From an uncultured Planctomycetia bacterium (GTDB lineage: Bacteria; Omnitrophota; Gorgyraeia; 2-02-FULL-51-18; JAGOUK01), in assembly GCA_964430735.1 (NCBI GenBank), contig CAYSFB010000007.1:62179-126178 (forward strand): 64,000 nt of DNA, in the 5' to 3' direction. The notes below the pieces were generated by a model. The model had not been told where the DNA came from. It did not search any database and was given only the letters and a program-made list of their open reading frames with translations. A program made the translations under genes and the position numbers. Below, piece after piece: positions 28,360-37,827 of this stretch; position 1 is the stretch's first letter, and each line of letters opens with the position of its first letter.

Positions 28360-29379
28360 ATGGACAAGATCCAATCGATGGAATATTCGCGCCTGAAGCA
28401 GGTGGTGAATTCGTTCAACCGCGTGCGCGTCCTCGTGATCGGGGATTTGATTCTGGACGAGTTTATCTGGGGCAAGGTGTCCCGCATATCTCCTGAGGCG
28501 CCGATCCCGGTTGTTTGGGTGAAGTCCGAAAGTTTTGTCCCCGGCGGTGCATGCAATGTCGCGAACAACCTTCGCTCGCTCGGCGCCAAGGCCGACGTGA
28601 TCGGCGTGATCGGCACTGAGGGGCGGGGCCGCATGCTCATGGAGCTGCTGCAGCAGAAGGGGATCGGCACGTCCGGCATCCTCAAAGACGCCTCGCGCCC
28701 AACAACGCTCAAGACCCGGGTAGTTGCGCATCACCAGCAGGTGGTCCGCATCGACCGGGAGGAAATAACCCCGCTTTCCAAGGATATTCAACGCCGCATC
28801 CTCGCGGACGTGCGCAAGCGGCTCAAGCATTTTGACGCCGTGTGCGTCGAAGACTACGGCAAAGGCGTGATCACGCCGGAGCTCGTCCAGGAGATCGTCC
28901 GCCTGGCCCGCCGTCAGGGAAAAATCATCACGGTCGATCCCAAGGAGAGCCACCTGTCGTATTACCGCGGCGTCAGCTGCATCACGCCGAACAACCACGA
29001 AGCCTCCACGCTCTCCAAAATCGTGATCAAAGACGACGCGTCGCTCAAGCGCGCGGGGCAAAAACTTCTGCGCGTCCTCGCGTGCGAAAACGTGCTCATC
29101 ACGCTCGGCGAAAACGGGATGTGTCTCTTTCAAAAGGGTCTCAAACCTGTTAAAATTCCGACTTTGGCGCAGGATGTGTTCGACGTTTCGGGCGCGGGCG
29201 ACACGGTGATCGGAACCTACACCCTGGCGCTCGGATCCAAGGCCGCTCCGATCGAAGCGGCGCATCTGGCCAACTGCGCGGCCGGCATCGTGGTCGGCAA
29301 AGTCGGTACCGCGACCGTCACGCAGAGCGAACTTTTGGCCCGTGTCCGTCAACTGTTGTCCGTCACCTCGGAAGCCTAA
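28360..29379 (+). CDS. hldA: D-glycero-beta-D-manno-heptose-7-phosphate kinase (RfaE domain I / HldA-type; no adenylyltransferase domain)
   Basis: It carries the PfkB-family motifs GDLILDEFIWGKVSRISPEAPIPVV and ..DVSGAGDTV. At 339 aa it is kinase-only length. Confidence 0.8.
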   Translation: MDKIQSMEYSRLKQVVNSFNRVRVLVIGDLILDEFIWGKVSRISPEAPIPVVWVKSESFVPGGACNVANNLRSLGAKADVIGVIGTEGRGRMLMELLQQKGIGTSGILKDASRPTTLKTRVVAHHQQVVRIDREEITPLSKDIQRRILADVRKRLKHFDAVCVEDYGKGVITPELVQEIVRLARRQGKIITVDPKESHLSYYRGVSCITPNNHEASTLSKIVIKDDASLKRAGQKLLRVLACENVLITLGENGMCLFQKGLKPVKIPTLAQDVFDVSGAGDTVIGTYTLALGSKAAPIEAAHLANCAAGIVVGKVGTATVTQSELLARVRQLLSVTSEA

Positions 29380-29394
29380 AAGCACACAACCCAC

Positions 29395-30129
29395 ATGCAA
29401 ACCATCGGCGTCATTCCCGCACGGCTCGGATCCACGCGATTGGCCCGCAAGGTCCTGATGGACCTCGGCGGGAAGCCCGTGATTCAGCACGTGTACGAGC
29501 GCACCCGCAAGGCGCGCCTCCTCGATGACGTGATCGTGGCCTGCGACGACGACGAGATCGTATCCGTGGTCCGCGGCTTCGGCGGCAAGGCCGTTCTCAC
29601 CTCCAAACACCACACGACCGGCACCGACCGCCTCGCCGAAGTCGTCAACGACCTCGACGTGCAGACGATCGTGAACATCCAGGGCGACGAGCCCTTCGTG
29701 AATCCGTTGACCATCGACGACCTCGTGGGCCTGATGCAGAAGGAAGCCGGCACGGTGATGGCCACCGTCGTCAAAAAGTCCACGAGCTTCGAGGACTTCA
29801 AGAAGCCCGACGTCGTCAAGGCCGTCCTGGACGACGAAGGCCACGTGCTTTATTTTTCTCGGATGCCGATCCCGACTTTTTTGAAGGAAGGGGAATCGTT
29901 CTACAAGCACATCGGCCTGTACGCCTTCACCAAGGAATTTTTGTTCACGTTTAAAAAAATGCCCCCCTCCTTCCTGGAGCGGCACGAACGCCTCGAGCAG
30001 CTGCGCGCGCTGGAAAACGGCTACCGCATTCGGGCGATCGAAACCAAATTCGAAACCATCGGCATCGACACTCCTGAAGATCTGGAGCGGGCCCGCGCCG
30101 TTCTGGCCAGCCAGGAAGCCGCCGGTTAA
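29395..30129 (+). CDS. kdsB: 3-deoxy-manno-octulosonate cytidylyltransferase (CMP-Kdo synthetase)
   Basis: It carries the IPARLGSTRLARKVL motif and is 244 aa. Confidence 0.9.
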   Translation: MQTIGVIPARLGSTRLARKVLMDLGGKPVIQHVYERTRKARLLDDVIVACDDDEIVSVVRGFGGKAVLTSKHHTTGTDRLAEVVNDLDVQTIVNIQGDEPFVNPLTIDDLVGLMQKEAGTVMATVVKKSTSFEDFKKPDVVKAVLDDEGHVLYFSRMPIPTFLKEGESFYKHIGLYAFTKEFLFTFKKMPPSFLERHERLEQLRALENGYRIRAIETKFETIGIDTPEDLERARAVLASQEAAG

Positions 30130-30147
30130 CCGGCCAGACAGGATCCC

Positions 30148-31788
30148 ATGAGTCCAGAAAAATCCACCCCCAAATATTTGTTTGTCACCGGCGGCGTCGT
30201 TTCCAGTCTCGGCAAGGGAGTTGCGTCCGCGTCGCTCGGCAAGCTGCTCGAAGCCCGCGGACTCAAGGTGACGATCATCAAGTGCGACCCTTATCTCAAC
30301 GTCGACCCGGGCACGATGAACCCCTACCAGCACGGAGAAGTCTACGTCACGCAGGACGGAGCGGAAACGGATCTCGACCTCGGACATTACGAGCGTTTCC
30401 TGTCCGGGCCGATCACCAGCGCGAACAACATCACGGCCGGCAAGGTGTACCACTCGGTGATTCAGAAAGAGCGCCGCGGCGAATACCTCGGCGCGACCGT
30501 TCAGGTCATCCCGCACGTGACCGATGAAATCAAGGGTTTCCTCCGACGCATCGCGGAAACGAACAAGGGGCTCGACGTCGTCATCTGTGAGATCGGCGGA
30601 ACCGTCGGAGACATCGAATCGCTCCCGTTCCTGGAAGCGATCCGCCAGTTCCGCCAGGAGATCGGCCGCGAAAACGCCATCGACATCCACCTCACGCTGA
30701 TTCCGTACATCCGCACAGCGGACGAGCTCAAGACCAAGCCCACCCAGCATTCCGTCGGCAAAATGCGCGAGATCGGCATCCAGCCCGACATCCTGCTGTG
30801 CCGCACCGAACAACCGTTGCCGCTGGAGCTGCGCAAAAAAATCTCTCTCTTTTGCAACGTGCCGACCGAACAGGTGATCCCGATCCCCGACGTGGACGAC
30901 ATCTACAAGGTTCCTCTGGTGCTCGAGAGCGAGGGGCTGGACCGCATCGTTGCTCGTCTGGTCGGCCTCAAATGTTCCGACGGGGATCTGACCGAATGGA
31001 AGACCCGCGTCGTCGCCAAGGTCGAGCGTCCGCTGCACCGCATTCAGATTGCGGTGGTCGGCAAGTACACGGAACTGCAGGACGCTTACAAATCGATTTA
31101 TGAGGCGCTCAAGCACGGCGGCATCGCCAACGACACGGCCATCGATATCAAGAAGATCGATTCAGGAACGCTGCAGGATTGCAATCCGCATGAGCTGCTT
31201 CGCGATATGGACGGCATCCTGATCCCGGGAGGGTTCGGCGACCGCGGTTTGGAGGGCAAGTTCAAAGCCGCGCAATACGCGCGCGAGAACAAGGTCCCTT
31301 ATTTCGGTATCTGCCTGGGGATGCAGTGCGCGGTGATTGAATTCGCCCGCAATGCCTGCAACATGGCCGGCGCGAATACGGCGGAAACGAATCCCAAGGC
31401 TGCGTTTCCGGTCATCCATATGATGGAGGACCAAAAGACGGTGACTGACAAGGGCGGCACGATGCGCCTCGGCTCCTACCCCTGCAAGGTGAAGTCGGGT
31501 TCGCTCGCGCACAAGGCGTATCACAAGGACCAGGTTCAGGAGCGTCACCGTCACCGCTACGAATTCAACAACAAGTACAAGGTCAAGATGGAGCAGCAGG
31601 GCATGGTCATCAGCGGCGTGAGCCCCAACGGCCGTCTCGTCGAGATTATCGAACTGGAGGCGTCGCTCCACCCCTGGTTTGTCGGTTGCCAGTTCCATCC
31701 GGAATTTCAGTCCAAGCCGGACCGGCCGCACCCGCTGTTCCGCGACTTCGTCAAGGCCGCGCTCAAGAAGCGGAGCAAGGTCAAATGA
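30148..31788 (+). CDS. pyrG: CTP synthase
   Basis: 546 aa with the [10 protein letters not shown] motif and a C-terminal GATase domain (GICLGMQ). Confidence 0.95.
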   Translation: MSPEKSTPKYLFVTGGVVSSLGKGVASASLGKLLEARGLKVTIIKCDPYLNVDPGTMNPYQHGEVYVTQDGAETDLDLGHYERFLSGPITSANNITAGKVYHSVIQKERRGEYLGATVQVIPHVTDEIKGFLRRIAETNKGLDVVICEIGGTVGDIESLPFLEAIRQFRQEIGRENAIDIHLTLIPYIRTADELKTKPTQHSVGKMREIGIQPDILLCRTEQPLPLELRKKISLFCNVPTEQVIPIPDVDDIYKVPLVLESEGLDRIVARLVGLKCSDGDLTEWKTRVVAKVERPLHRIQIAVVGKYTELQDAYKSIYEALKHGGIANDTAIDIKKIDSGTLQDCNPHELLRDMDGILIPGGFGDRGLEGKFKAAQYARENKVPYFGICLGMQCAVIEFARNACNMAGANTAETNPKAAFPVIHMMEDQKTVTDKGGTMRLGSYPCKVKSGSLAHKAYHKDQVQERHRHRYEFNNKYKVKMEQQGMVISGVSPNGRLVEIIELEASLHPWFVGCQFHPEFQSKPDRPHPLFRDFVKAALKKRSKVK

Positions 31789-32684
31789 CCCGCGCCGCCG
31801 CTGCCAAGAAGCCGGCTTCGTCCGCCGGTCCGGCCAAGGCCGAGCCGGTGCGCCTGGGCAAGCTCCGCATCGGTCCCGGCTGCCCGCTCACGATCATCGC
31901 CGGCCCCTGTGTGATCGAGTCCGAAGCGTCCGCGCTCCGCCACGCGAAACATCTGAAAAAACTCGCCGACAAGCTGGGCGTCCAATTCGTCTACAAGTCC
32001 AGCTATGACAAAGCCAACCGCACGTCCGCTTCCGCCTTTCGCGGATCGGGCATGGAGTCGGGCCTGGAGATCCTGGCCCGCGTGAAGCGCGAACTCGGCG
32101 TTCCGGTCACAAGCGATGTTCATTCGCCGCAGGAGGCCGAAGCCGCCGCCGGCGTCGTGGACATCCTGCAGATCCCGGCATTTTTGTGCCGCCAGACGGA
32201 CCTTCTGATCGCTGCCGGCCGCACCGGCAACGTGGTCAATATCAAAAAGGGGCAGTTCATGGCCCCCGAAGACATGCGTTACGCGGTGGAAAAAGTCCGC
32301 TCCACCGGCAACCGCCGTATTTTTCTCACCGAACGGGGGACTTCGTTCGGCTACCGGACGCTCGTGAACGACTTCCGCGCGATCCCGATCATGCGCGACC
32401 TCGGCGTGCCCGTCATTTTCGACGCGACCCATTCGGTCCAGCGGCCCGGAGGCCTGGGTCACGCGACCGGGGGAGACCGGCACTTCGCTCCGATGCTGGC
32501 ATGCGCGGCGACCGTCGCGGGCGCGGACGGAATTTTTATGGAAGTACACGAAGATCCGGACAACGCCCTTTCGGACGGTCCCAATTCGCTGCCGCTCGAG
32601 TGGCTGCCGGAACTGTGGAAAAAGCTTCAGATGCTCAGCGGAGTTTCCTGCCGTGTCGATCGCGACCGCGCAAGCCGTTCTTAA
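31785..32684 (+). CDS. kdsA: 2-dehydro-3-deoxyphosphooctonate aldolase (Kdo-8-P synthase)
   Basis: The ATG overlaps the pyrG TGA as ATGA. The DAHP/KDO8P synthase motifs are GPCVIES and KSSYDKANR. Confidence 0.9.
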   Translation: MTRAAAAKKPASSAGPAKAEPVRLGKLRIGPGCPLTIIAGPCVIESEASALRHAKHLKKLADKLGVQFVYKSSYDKANRTSASAFRGSGMESGLEILARVKRELGVPVTSDVHSPQEAEAAAGVVDILQIPAFLCRQTDLLIAAGRTGNVVNIKKGQFMAPEDMRYAVEKVRSTGNRRIFLTERGTSFGYRTLVNDFRAIPIMRDLGVPVIFDATHSVQRPGGLGHATGGDRHFAPMLACAATVAGADGIFMEVHEDPDNALSDGPNSLPLEWLPELWKKLQMLSGVSCRVDRDRASRS

Positions 32685-33618
32685 GCACGAAGCCGAGTCC
32701 ATCCTCCGGATGGCCAAACGGCTCGACGCCGGCTTTGACCGTGCGGTCAAGCTGATCTATTCGTCCAAATATCCCGTCATCCTTGTCGGCATGGGCAAGC
32801 CCGGCTTCATCGCCGAAAAAATCTCCGCAAGTTTCGCCTCCACCGGCACTCCGTCGTTCACCCTTCATCCGGCCGACGCGCTGCACGGCGATATCGGACG
32901 CGTGCCGGCCGGTGCGGTGCTCATCCTGCTGTCGAACAGCGGCGAAACGGAAGAGCTGGTCCGCCTGGTGCCGTTGCTCAAGGCCGTCCACGCCAAGTTG
33001 ATCGTGATGACCGGCAACCTCAAGTCCTCGATGGCGCGTTCCGCCGACATCCTCCTCGACACGTCGGTCGTTTCGGAGGCGGAGCCGCTCAACCTCGCTC
33101 CGACCGCGTCCACGACCTGCATGCTCGCGATGGGCGATGCGCTCGCGATGGCGCTGGTCAAAAAGCGCCGTTTCAAGGAAAAAGACTTTGCGCTGCTGCA
33201 TCCGGGCGGCATGCTCGGCAAGCGCATGCGGCTGCGCGTCCGCGACGTGATGCGTTCGGGCGAGCGGAACCCCCGGGTGCGGCCCTCCATGGCGATCCGG
33301 GACGTGCTGCTCGAGATCACGACGGCCCGCGCCGGCAGCGCCACGATCGTGGATGCCAAGGGCAAATGCCTCGGGATCTTCACCGACGGTGACCTGCGCC
33401 GCCACTTCAAGGAATTGACCGCCCATCCGGATTCTCCCGTTTCCAAATACATGACCGCCAACCCCGTCACGATCAAGGAAGACCTGCTCGCGGTCCAGGC
33501 GCTCGAGCTCCTTCGCCGCCGCGCGATTGACGAACTGCCGGTTACGGACAAAGCCGGCCGTGTCCGCGGGCTCCTCGACGTGCAAGACCTGCTGGCACAA
33601 GGATTCATCACCTCATGA
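32653..33618 (+). CDS. kdsD: arabinose-5-phosphate isomerase (SIS + tandem CBS)
   Basis: It has a SIS domain ([25 protein letters not shown]) and two CBS domains. Its 5' end overlaps the kdsA 3' end by about 32 nt. Confidence 0.85.
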   Translation: MSIATAQAVLKHEAESILRMAKRLDAGFDRAVKLIYSSKYPVILVGMGKPGFIAEKISASFASTGTPSFTLHPADALHGDIGRVPAGAVLILLSNSGETEELVRLVPLLKAVHAKLIVMTGNLKSSMARSADILLDTSVVSEAEPLNLAPTASTTCMLAMGDALAMALVKKRRFKEKDFALLHPGGMLGKRMRLRVRDVMRSGERNPRVRPSMAIRDVLLEITTARAGSATIVDAKGKCLGIFTDGDLRRHFKELTAHPDSPVSKYMTANPVTIKEDLLAVQALELLRRRAIDELPVTDKAGRVRGLLDVQDLLAQGFITS

Positions 33619-34145
33619 CAGACCTTCAGCTGGACGAACGCTTGAAGCGCATCAAGCTCGTCGCTACCGACCTCGACGGCGTGCTCACCAACGGAATCAT
33701 CTACTACGGCGATCACGGCGACGAGATCAAGGGCTTTCACATCCAGGACGGCCAGGGAATCGTGCTCGCGCAGCGGGCGAAGATCCGCACGGTGATCATC
33801 ACGGGCCGCAAGAGCAAGGTCAACGAGCGCCGCGCGCGCGACCTTCGGGTCGACCGCCTGATCCAGGACTGCCACGAAAAGGGCCGCGCCTTCGAAAAAG
33901 CCGTCGAGAAATACCGTCTCAAGCCGGAAGAAGCGGCCTATATCGGCGATGACCTGCTGGATTTGCCGCCGATGCGCAAGGCGGGATTGGCGGTCGCGGT
34001 CCGGAACGCCGTCGCCGAGGTCAAGTCCGCGGCCCATTACGTCACCGAACGTTCCGGCGGAGACGGCGCGGTCCGCGAAGTGATCGACATGATCCTGAAG
34101 TCGCAGGGGCTCTGGAGTTCCGTTACGGCCAAGGTCGGATCCTAA
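33615..34145 (+). CDS. kdsC: 3-deoxy-D-manno-octulosonate 8-phosphate phosphatase
   Basis: It has the HAD motif VATDLDGVLTNG and is 176 aa. Confidence 0.85.
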   Translation: MTDLQLDERLKRIKLVATDLDGVLTNGIIYYGDHGDEIKGFHIQDGQGIVLAQRAKIRTVIITGRKSKVNERRARDLRVDRLIQDCHEKGRAFEKAVEKYRLKPEEAAYIGDDLLDLPPMRKAGLAVAVRNAVAEVKSAAHYVTERSGGDGAVREVIDMILKSQGLWSSVTAKVGS

Positions 34146-34913
34146 GTGAAAAAATTTGTGGTCTGGGCCCTGCTCGCGTCAGCGGCAGCGGGCGTCTGGT
34201 GGATGATGAGCGTCCACCGTCCGGCGCGACCGGCTGTTTACGCGGAAGCGGACGGTGATCCCAAAGGCCAGGTGATCGAGCACTTCGAGCTCGAGGGTTT
34301 TGATGACGAGGGAAACGCCTCGTGGCGGCTGGTGGGGGATTCGGCGGTGGTGTCCAGCGCCACCGACGTCTTCATTGAGAAGGACGTCGTTTTGACGATG
34401 CTCGGCGGCGCGATCATCCGCTCCGACAAGGTGTTCTGGCAGAATTCAAAGACCCGTTTTGTCACGAGCCAGCCGGTCAAGGTGCTGCACCGCAATATCG
34501 AGGTCGAGGGCCGCGGCGCGATCGGCAAATTGAACCAGAAGAGCATCCAGATCAATCAGGATATCCGGATGCGGATCGAGCCCGACGGGACGCTCGTGAC
34601 CTGCCGGGGGCCGATGCGGATTTTACAGGGCGAAAGCCGCGTGACGCTGTATCATGACGTCACGATCCGGGACACCCGCGGGAATCTTGTCGCCGACCGG
34701 ATGGACGCGTTCTTCGATCCGGATACGAAAAAAATCGTGATGATCACCGCTTCCGGCAATGTCCGGATCACGCGCGGAGAAGACATCAGCGTCGCCGACA
34801 AGGCCATCTACGACACGCGCACCGGCTCCATCCGATTGGAAGGCATGCCCGAGATCAGCATCCGCGACACCAACGGCCTGGAACCGGGCAAATTACCGCT
34901 GAGGACTTCATGA
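34146..34913 (+). CDS. lptC: LptC-like membrane-anchored LPS transport protein with an extended LptA/OstA-N-like periplasmic beta-jellyroll (255 aa)
   Basis: It begins with a GTG start and has an N-terminal TM ([21 protein letters not shown]). The C-terminal part has the LptA-like pattern ..[19 protein letters not shown]... Its position between kdsC and lptB fits the call. Confidence 0.6.
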   Translation: MKKFVVWALLASAAAGVWWMMSVHRPARPAVYAEADGDPKGQVIEHFELEGFDDEGNASWRLVGDSAVVSSATDVFIEKDVVLTMLGGAIIRSDKVFWQNSKTRFVTSQPVKVLHRNIEVEGRGAIGKLNQKSIQINQDIRMRIEPDGTLVTCRGPMRILQGESRVTLYHDVTIRDTRGNLVADRMDAFFDPDTKKIVMITASGNVRITRGEDISVADKAIYDTRTGSIRLEGMPEISIRDTNGLEPGKLPLRTS

Positions 34914-35632
34914 GCCTGCTGGACGTTCAGTTCGTCAAAAAGAAATACGGGGAGCGCGAAGTCGTCCGCGGCGTCAACATCACCGTGAACCGCGGCGAAA
35001 TCGTAGGCCTTCTCGGTCCCAACGGCGCCGGCAAAACCACCACGTTCTACATGACCGTCGGCCTTGTCCCGGCCGACTCCGGCCGCATCCTCTTTAACGA
35101 CCGCGACGTCACCAAGATGCCGATGTACAAACGCGCCCGCTACGGCATGGGCTACCTGTCGCAGGAACCCTCGATTTTCCGCAATCTGACCGTCGCTGAG
35201 AACATCCTCGCCATCCTGGAAGCGTTGCGCATCCCGTACCGGGAGCGCAAACGCCGGCTCGAAGAGCTGCTCCATGAGCTGCGCATCGAAAAGCTCCGCA
35301 ATTCCAAAGCCGTCACCCTTTCGGGCGGGGAGCGCCGGCGCCTGGAAATCACGCGCGCGCTGGTGGCCCATCCGATGTGCATCCTGCTCGACGAGCCGTT
35401 TTCGGGGATCGACCCGATCGCCGTATCCGAGTGCCAGGAGCTCATCAAGGACCTGAAGCGTCGGGGGATCGGCATCCTGCTCACCGACCACAATGTCCGC
35501 GAAACCCTCTCGATCACCGACCGCGCCTACATCATGGCCGAAGGCCGTATTCTGGTCTCCGGCACCAAGGACCAGCTCCTCTCCTCCGAAGAAGCCCGCA
35601 AGCTTTACCTCGGCGAAAAATTCTCCATGTAG
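34910..35632 (+). CDS. lptB: LPS export ABC transporter ATP-binding protein
   Basis: It has the Walker A motif GPNGAGKTT, the signature [10 protein letters not shown] and a Walker B motif ILLDEPF. Confidence 0.9.
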   Translation: MSLLDVQFVKKKYGEREVVRGVNITVNRGEIVGLLGPNGAGKTTTFYMTVGLVPADSGRILFNDRDVTKMPMYKRARYGMGYLSQEPSIFRNLTVAENILAILEALRIPYRERKRRLEELLHELRIEKLRNSKAVTLSGGERRRLEITRALVAHPMCILLDEPFSGIDPIAVSECQELIKDLKRRGIGILLTDHNVRETLSITDRAYIMAEGRILVSGTKDQLLSSEEARKLYLGEKFSM

Positions 35633-35680
35633 TTCCCGGATCGCCGCTATTGATTCCGCGGGCCATTTGTGTGACCATAA

Positions 35681-35694
35681 TGTAAGCGCTTACA
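35681..35694 (+). promoter_or_regulatory. LacI/CcpA-family operator: the perfect palindrome TGTAAGCGCTTACA
   Basis: This 14-bp perfect palindrome is identical to the optimal LacI/cre-type consensus. It sits between candidate -10 boxes (CATAAT at 35676, TATAAT at 35697) about 25 nt upstream of the secreted-protein gene. Confidence 0.65.
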
Positions 35695-35696
35695 TC

Positions 35697-35702
35697 TATA
35701 AT
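35697..35702 (+). promoter_or_regulatory. -10 element TATAAT immediately downstream of the LacI-type operator
   Basis: TATAAT lies 17 nt upstream of the ATG at 35720, and a GGAGG RBS follows. Confidence 0.45.
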
Positions 35703-35719
35703 CCAAAATCGGAGGTGTC

Positions 35720-36331
35720 ATGAATAAAGTAGTCACCGCATTCGCGGCCGCGCTCTTGTCGACGGTCGAACCCGTGATGGCGGCCAGCGCCTCTCAGACA
35801 GTGAACATTTCCATGAGCGTGGATCAGGTGCTGGATCTTGGTGTGGCGGTCCACCGTCTGGATTCCAACGGCATTCCGACCGGGGCAAATCTCGGGCCCG
35901 TGATGCCGTTCGGCCAGTTGACGCGGGACGTGACATACAAGGTCATGCGCGCTTCCCAGAGTTTTATGGTCTATCTGGACGCCAATTCTTCCGGCAGGCC
36001 ATATCTGGTTAAGGCGACCATGCCTCCGCTTTCAAACGGAGCGGTGACCTTGCCGCCGGCCATGGTGGCTACCGTAATCGCCGCCAGTTCGGCCGCGGAT
36101 TACGACATCCCGGGCGATGCCTTTGCCGGAAACGGACAGAATGCGATCATGGACAATCAGACGATTTACACATCCAATGCATCCGGTACTGCGGCCGCCA
36201 TCCAGGTGGTGTACGGGGTTAGCGGCGGTCAGGCGGTGGGCTCGCCGTTTTCCGGCTGGATGCCGATCCCGGTGTCGCAGGCGTCAGGCAACTACACGTC
36301 CAGCGTCACCTATACGATCGCTCTCAGTTGA
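35720..36331 (+). CDS. secreted beta-rich hypothetical protein (203 aa), possibly SCPU/Csu-pilin-like
   Basis: It has a signal peptide (MNKVVTAFAAALLSTVEPVMA). It is Ser/Thr/Gly-rich. Its C-terminal GNYTSSVTYTIAL resembles the G-x-Y-x-D-T-V-T-V terminal strand of spore-coat-protein-U/Csu subunits. Confidence 0.5.
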   Translation: MNKVVTAFAAALLSTVEPVMAASASQTVNISMSVDQVLDLGVAVHRLDSNGIPTGANLGPVMPFGQLTRDVTYKVMRASQSFMVYLDANSSGRPYLVKATMPPLSNGAVTLPPAMVATVIAASSAADYDIPGDAFAGNGQNAIMDNQTIYTSNASGTAAAIQVVYGVSGGQAVGSPFSGWMPIPVSQASGNYTSSVTYTIALS

Positions 36332-36356
36332 CACCGGGGCAGCGTATAATCAGAGA

Positions 36357-37379
36357 ATGACCGCGCAGCGCAAGCCCACCATATACGACCTGGCTAAGAA
36401 GGCCGGTGTTTCCATTGCGACGATTTCGCGCGCGACCAATCCCAGGCTGCGCGGCAAGCTGGCGCCTGCGACCCTGAGCCGGATTGACCGGTTGATCGAA
36501 CGGCAGGGTTACAGTCCGTCGCTTGCCGCCAGCCGCCTTGCCGGAAAGTCCTTCAGGACCATCGGTTTTTTGCTCCCGCATTTGCAGGGCATCTTTCAGA
36601 ACGATTACTACAACAATATCCAGGCGGGGATATCGGACCGCGTGTTGCAATCGGATCACCAATTCAAACTGGTGCTCCTGAGGCCCTCACAAAGAAAATT
36701 CTGGGACCGCTATGATTTTAAAGCCGCCGAAGACATCGATGCGCTGCTGATCACTCATTGGCCGAATTTTTTCTCGAACAAAAAGGTCCTGGAGCGTTTA
36801 GGGCTGCCTTGTGTCGTGGTGAATGACCCTGAAGAGCAGGTCAACGCGGCGTTCGTCACGGGCGACAGCGCGGCCGGCGGGAGACGGGTCGCCGAATACC
36901 TGCTCTCGAAGGGGCATCGCAGTTTTTTGCTGATGGAAGGTCCGTCCTGGTCGACTGACAGCCGTGCACGTTTGCAGGGTTTTCAAGCGGCCTGTCTTGC
37001 GCACAAGAGCATCCGCATTCAGCGCTTGCGCGGGGACTTTTTGGGCGAAAAAGCCGAACATCTGATGGAGGCCTTCCTGTTGTCCAAAAAAACCTGCGAT
37101 GCAGTCTTTTGCTTCAATGATCACATGGCCCTCGGCGTCCTGAGGGCCATGAAACGACTCGGCGTCCGCTGCCCCAAGGACATCGCGGTTGCGGGCTATG
37201 ACGATGACCGGGTGGCGGGAACTTCCGAGGTTCCGCTGACCACGGTGCGGGTGCCGGTCTATCAGATGGTCAAGGATGCCACCTCCCGTCTTATCCGCTG
37301 TTTGGACGGCGACCGCAAGGCGCTGGATGAAAAAATCGCTTTTTACCCCGTCGATCTGATCAAAAGAGAATCCGCCTGA
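36357..37379 (+). CDS. LacI-family transcriptional regulator
   Basis: It has an N-terminal HTH (TIYDLAKKAGVSIATISRATN) and a periplasmic-binding-protein-like sugar-binding core, and is 340 aa. Confidence 0.85.
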   Translation: MTAQRKPTIYDLAKKAGVSIATISRATNPRLRGKLAPATLSRIDRLIERQGYSPSLAASRLAGKSFRTIGFLLPHLQGIFQNDYYNNIQAGISDRVLQSDHQFKLVLLRPSQRKFWDRYDFKAAEDIDALLITHWPNFFSNKKVLERLGLPCVVVNDPEEQVNAAFVTGDSAAGGRRVAEYLLSKGHRSFLLMEGPSWSTDSRARLQGFQAACLAHKSIRIQRLRGDFLGEKAEHLMEAFLLSKKTCDAVFCFNDHMALGVLRAMKRLGVRCPKDIAVAGYDDDRVAGTSEVPLTTVRVPVYQMVKDATSRLIRCLDGDRKALDEKIAFYPVDLIKRESA

Positions 37380-37488
37380 CCGCATCTCCGATAAGCGGAT
37401 AACCCGGATTTGGCCGTGTTGGCCGGGTCCGGGAGTTGTGATATCATATGCAGCTCTTGAACGCTCCCAATTGAGACAAGGAGTCCCT

Positions 37489-37827
37489 ATGCAAATCGAT
37501 ATCAGCAGCCGTCATAAATTCAAGGTTACGGACATGCTGCGCGAGTACGTCGAAGAGAAGATGCCCAAGCTTGAGCGCTTTTCCCTCAAAGTCGAGTCGG
37601 CCCACGTCGTTTTTGAACAGGAAAAAGTGAACGCGACCTGCGAAATCGTCCTCCTGGGCAAAGGCATGCGCCTGACCGCCTGCGAGACGACGACCGCGAT
37701 GCAGGCGTCCTTTGACGCCGCGCTGGGCAACCTCATGCACCAGCTTGAGCGTCACCATGACAGAATCAAGAACCACCGCCACGAAAAAATCAGAGTCGAA
37801 AGTCGGATTGATGAAGACGAATCTTAA
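37489..37827 (+). CDS. hpf: ribosome hibernation promoting factor (short HPF/RaiA)
   Basis: An AAGGAG RBS precedes it. The motif MQIDISSRHKFKVTDMLREYVEEK is present and the product is 112 aa. Confidence 0.8.
   Translation: MQIDISSRHKFKVTDMLREYVEEKMPKLERFSLKVESAHVVFEQEKVNATCEIVLLGKGMRLTACETTTAMQASFDAALGNLMHQLERHHDRIKNHRHEKIRVESRIDEDES

Noticed and set aside
28216-31116. 966-aa minus-strand ORF spanning hldA, kdsB and pyrG
   Set aside because: It is antisense to three well-supported + strand genes. Its composition (rich in R/D/H/L/V/G) is typical of GC-rich shadow frames, and no motif is recognisable.
37380-37488. Possible sigma54 promoter (TGGCCGTGTTGGCC) and small palindromes (TCCGATAAGCGGA, TGATATCA) upstream of hpf
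   Set aside because: The match to the TGGCAC-N5-TTGCW consensus is poor. The palindromes are short and not followed by a T-tract, so I cannot support a specific site.
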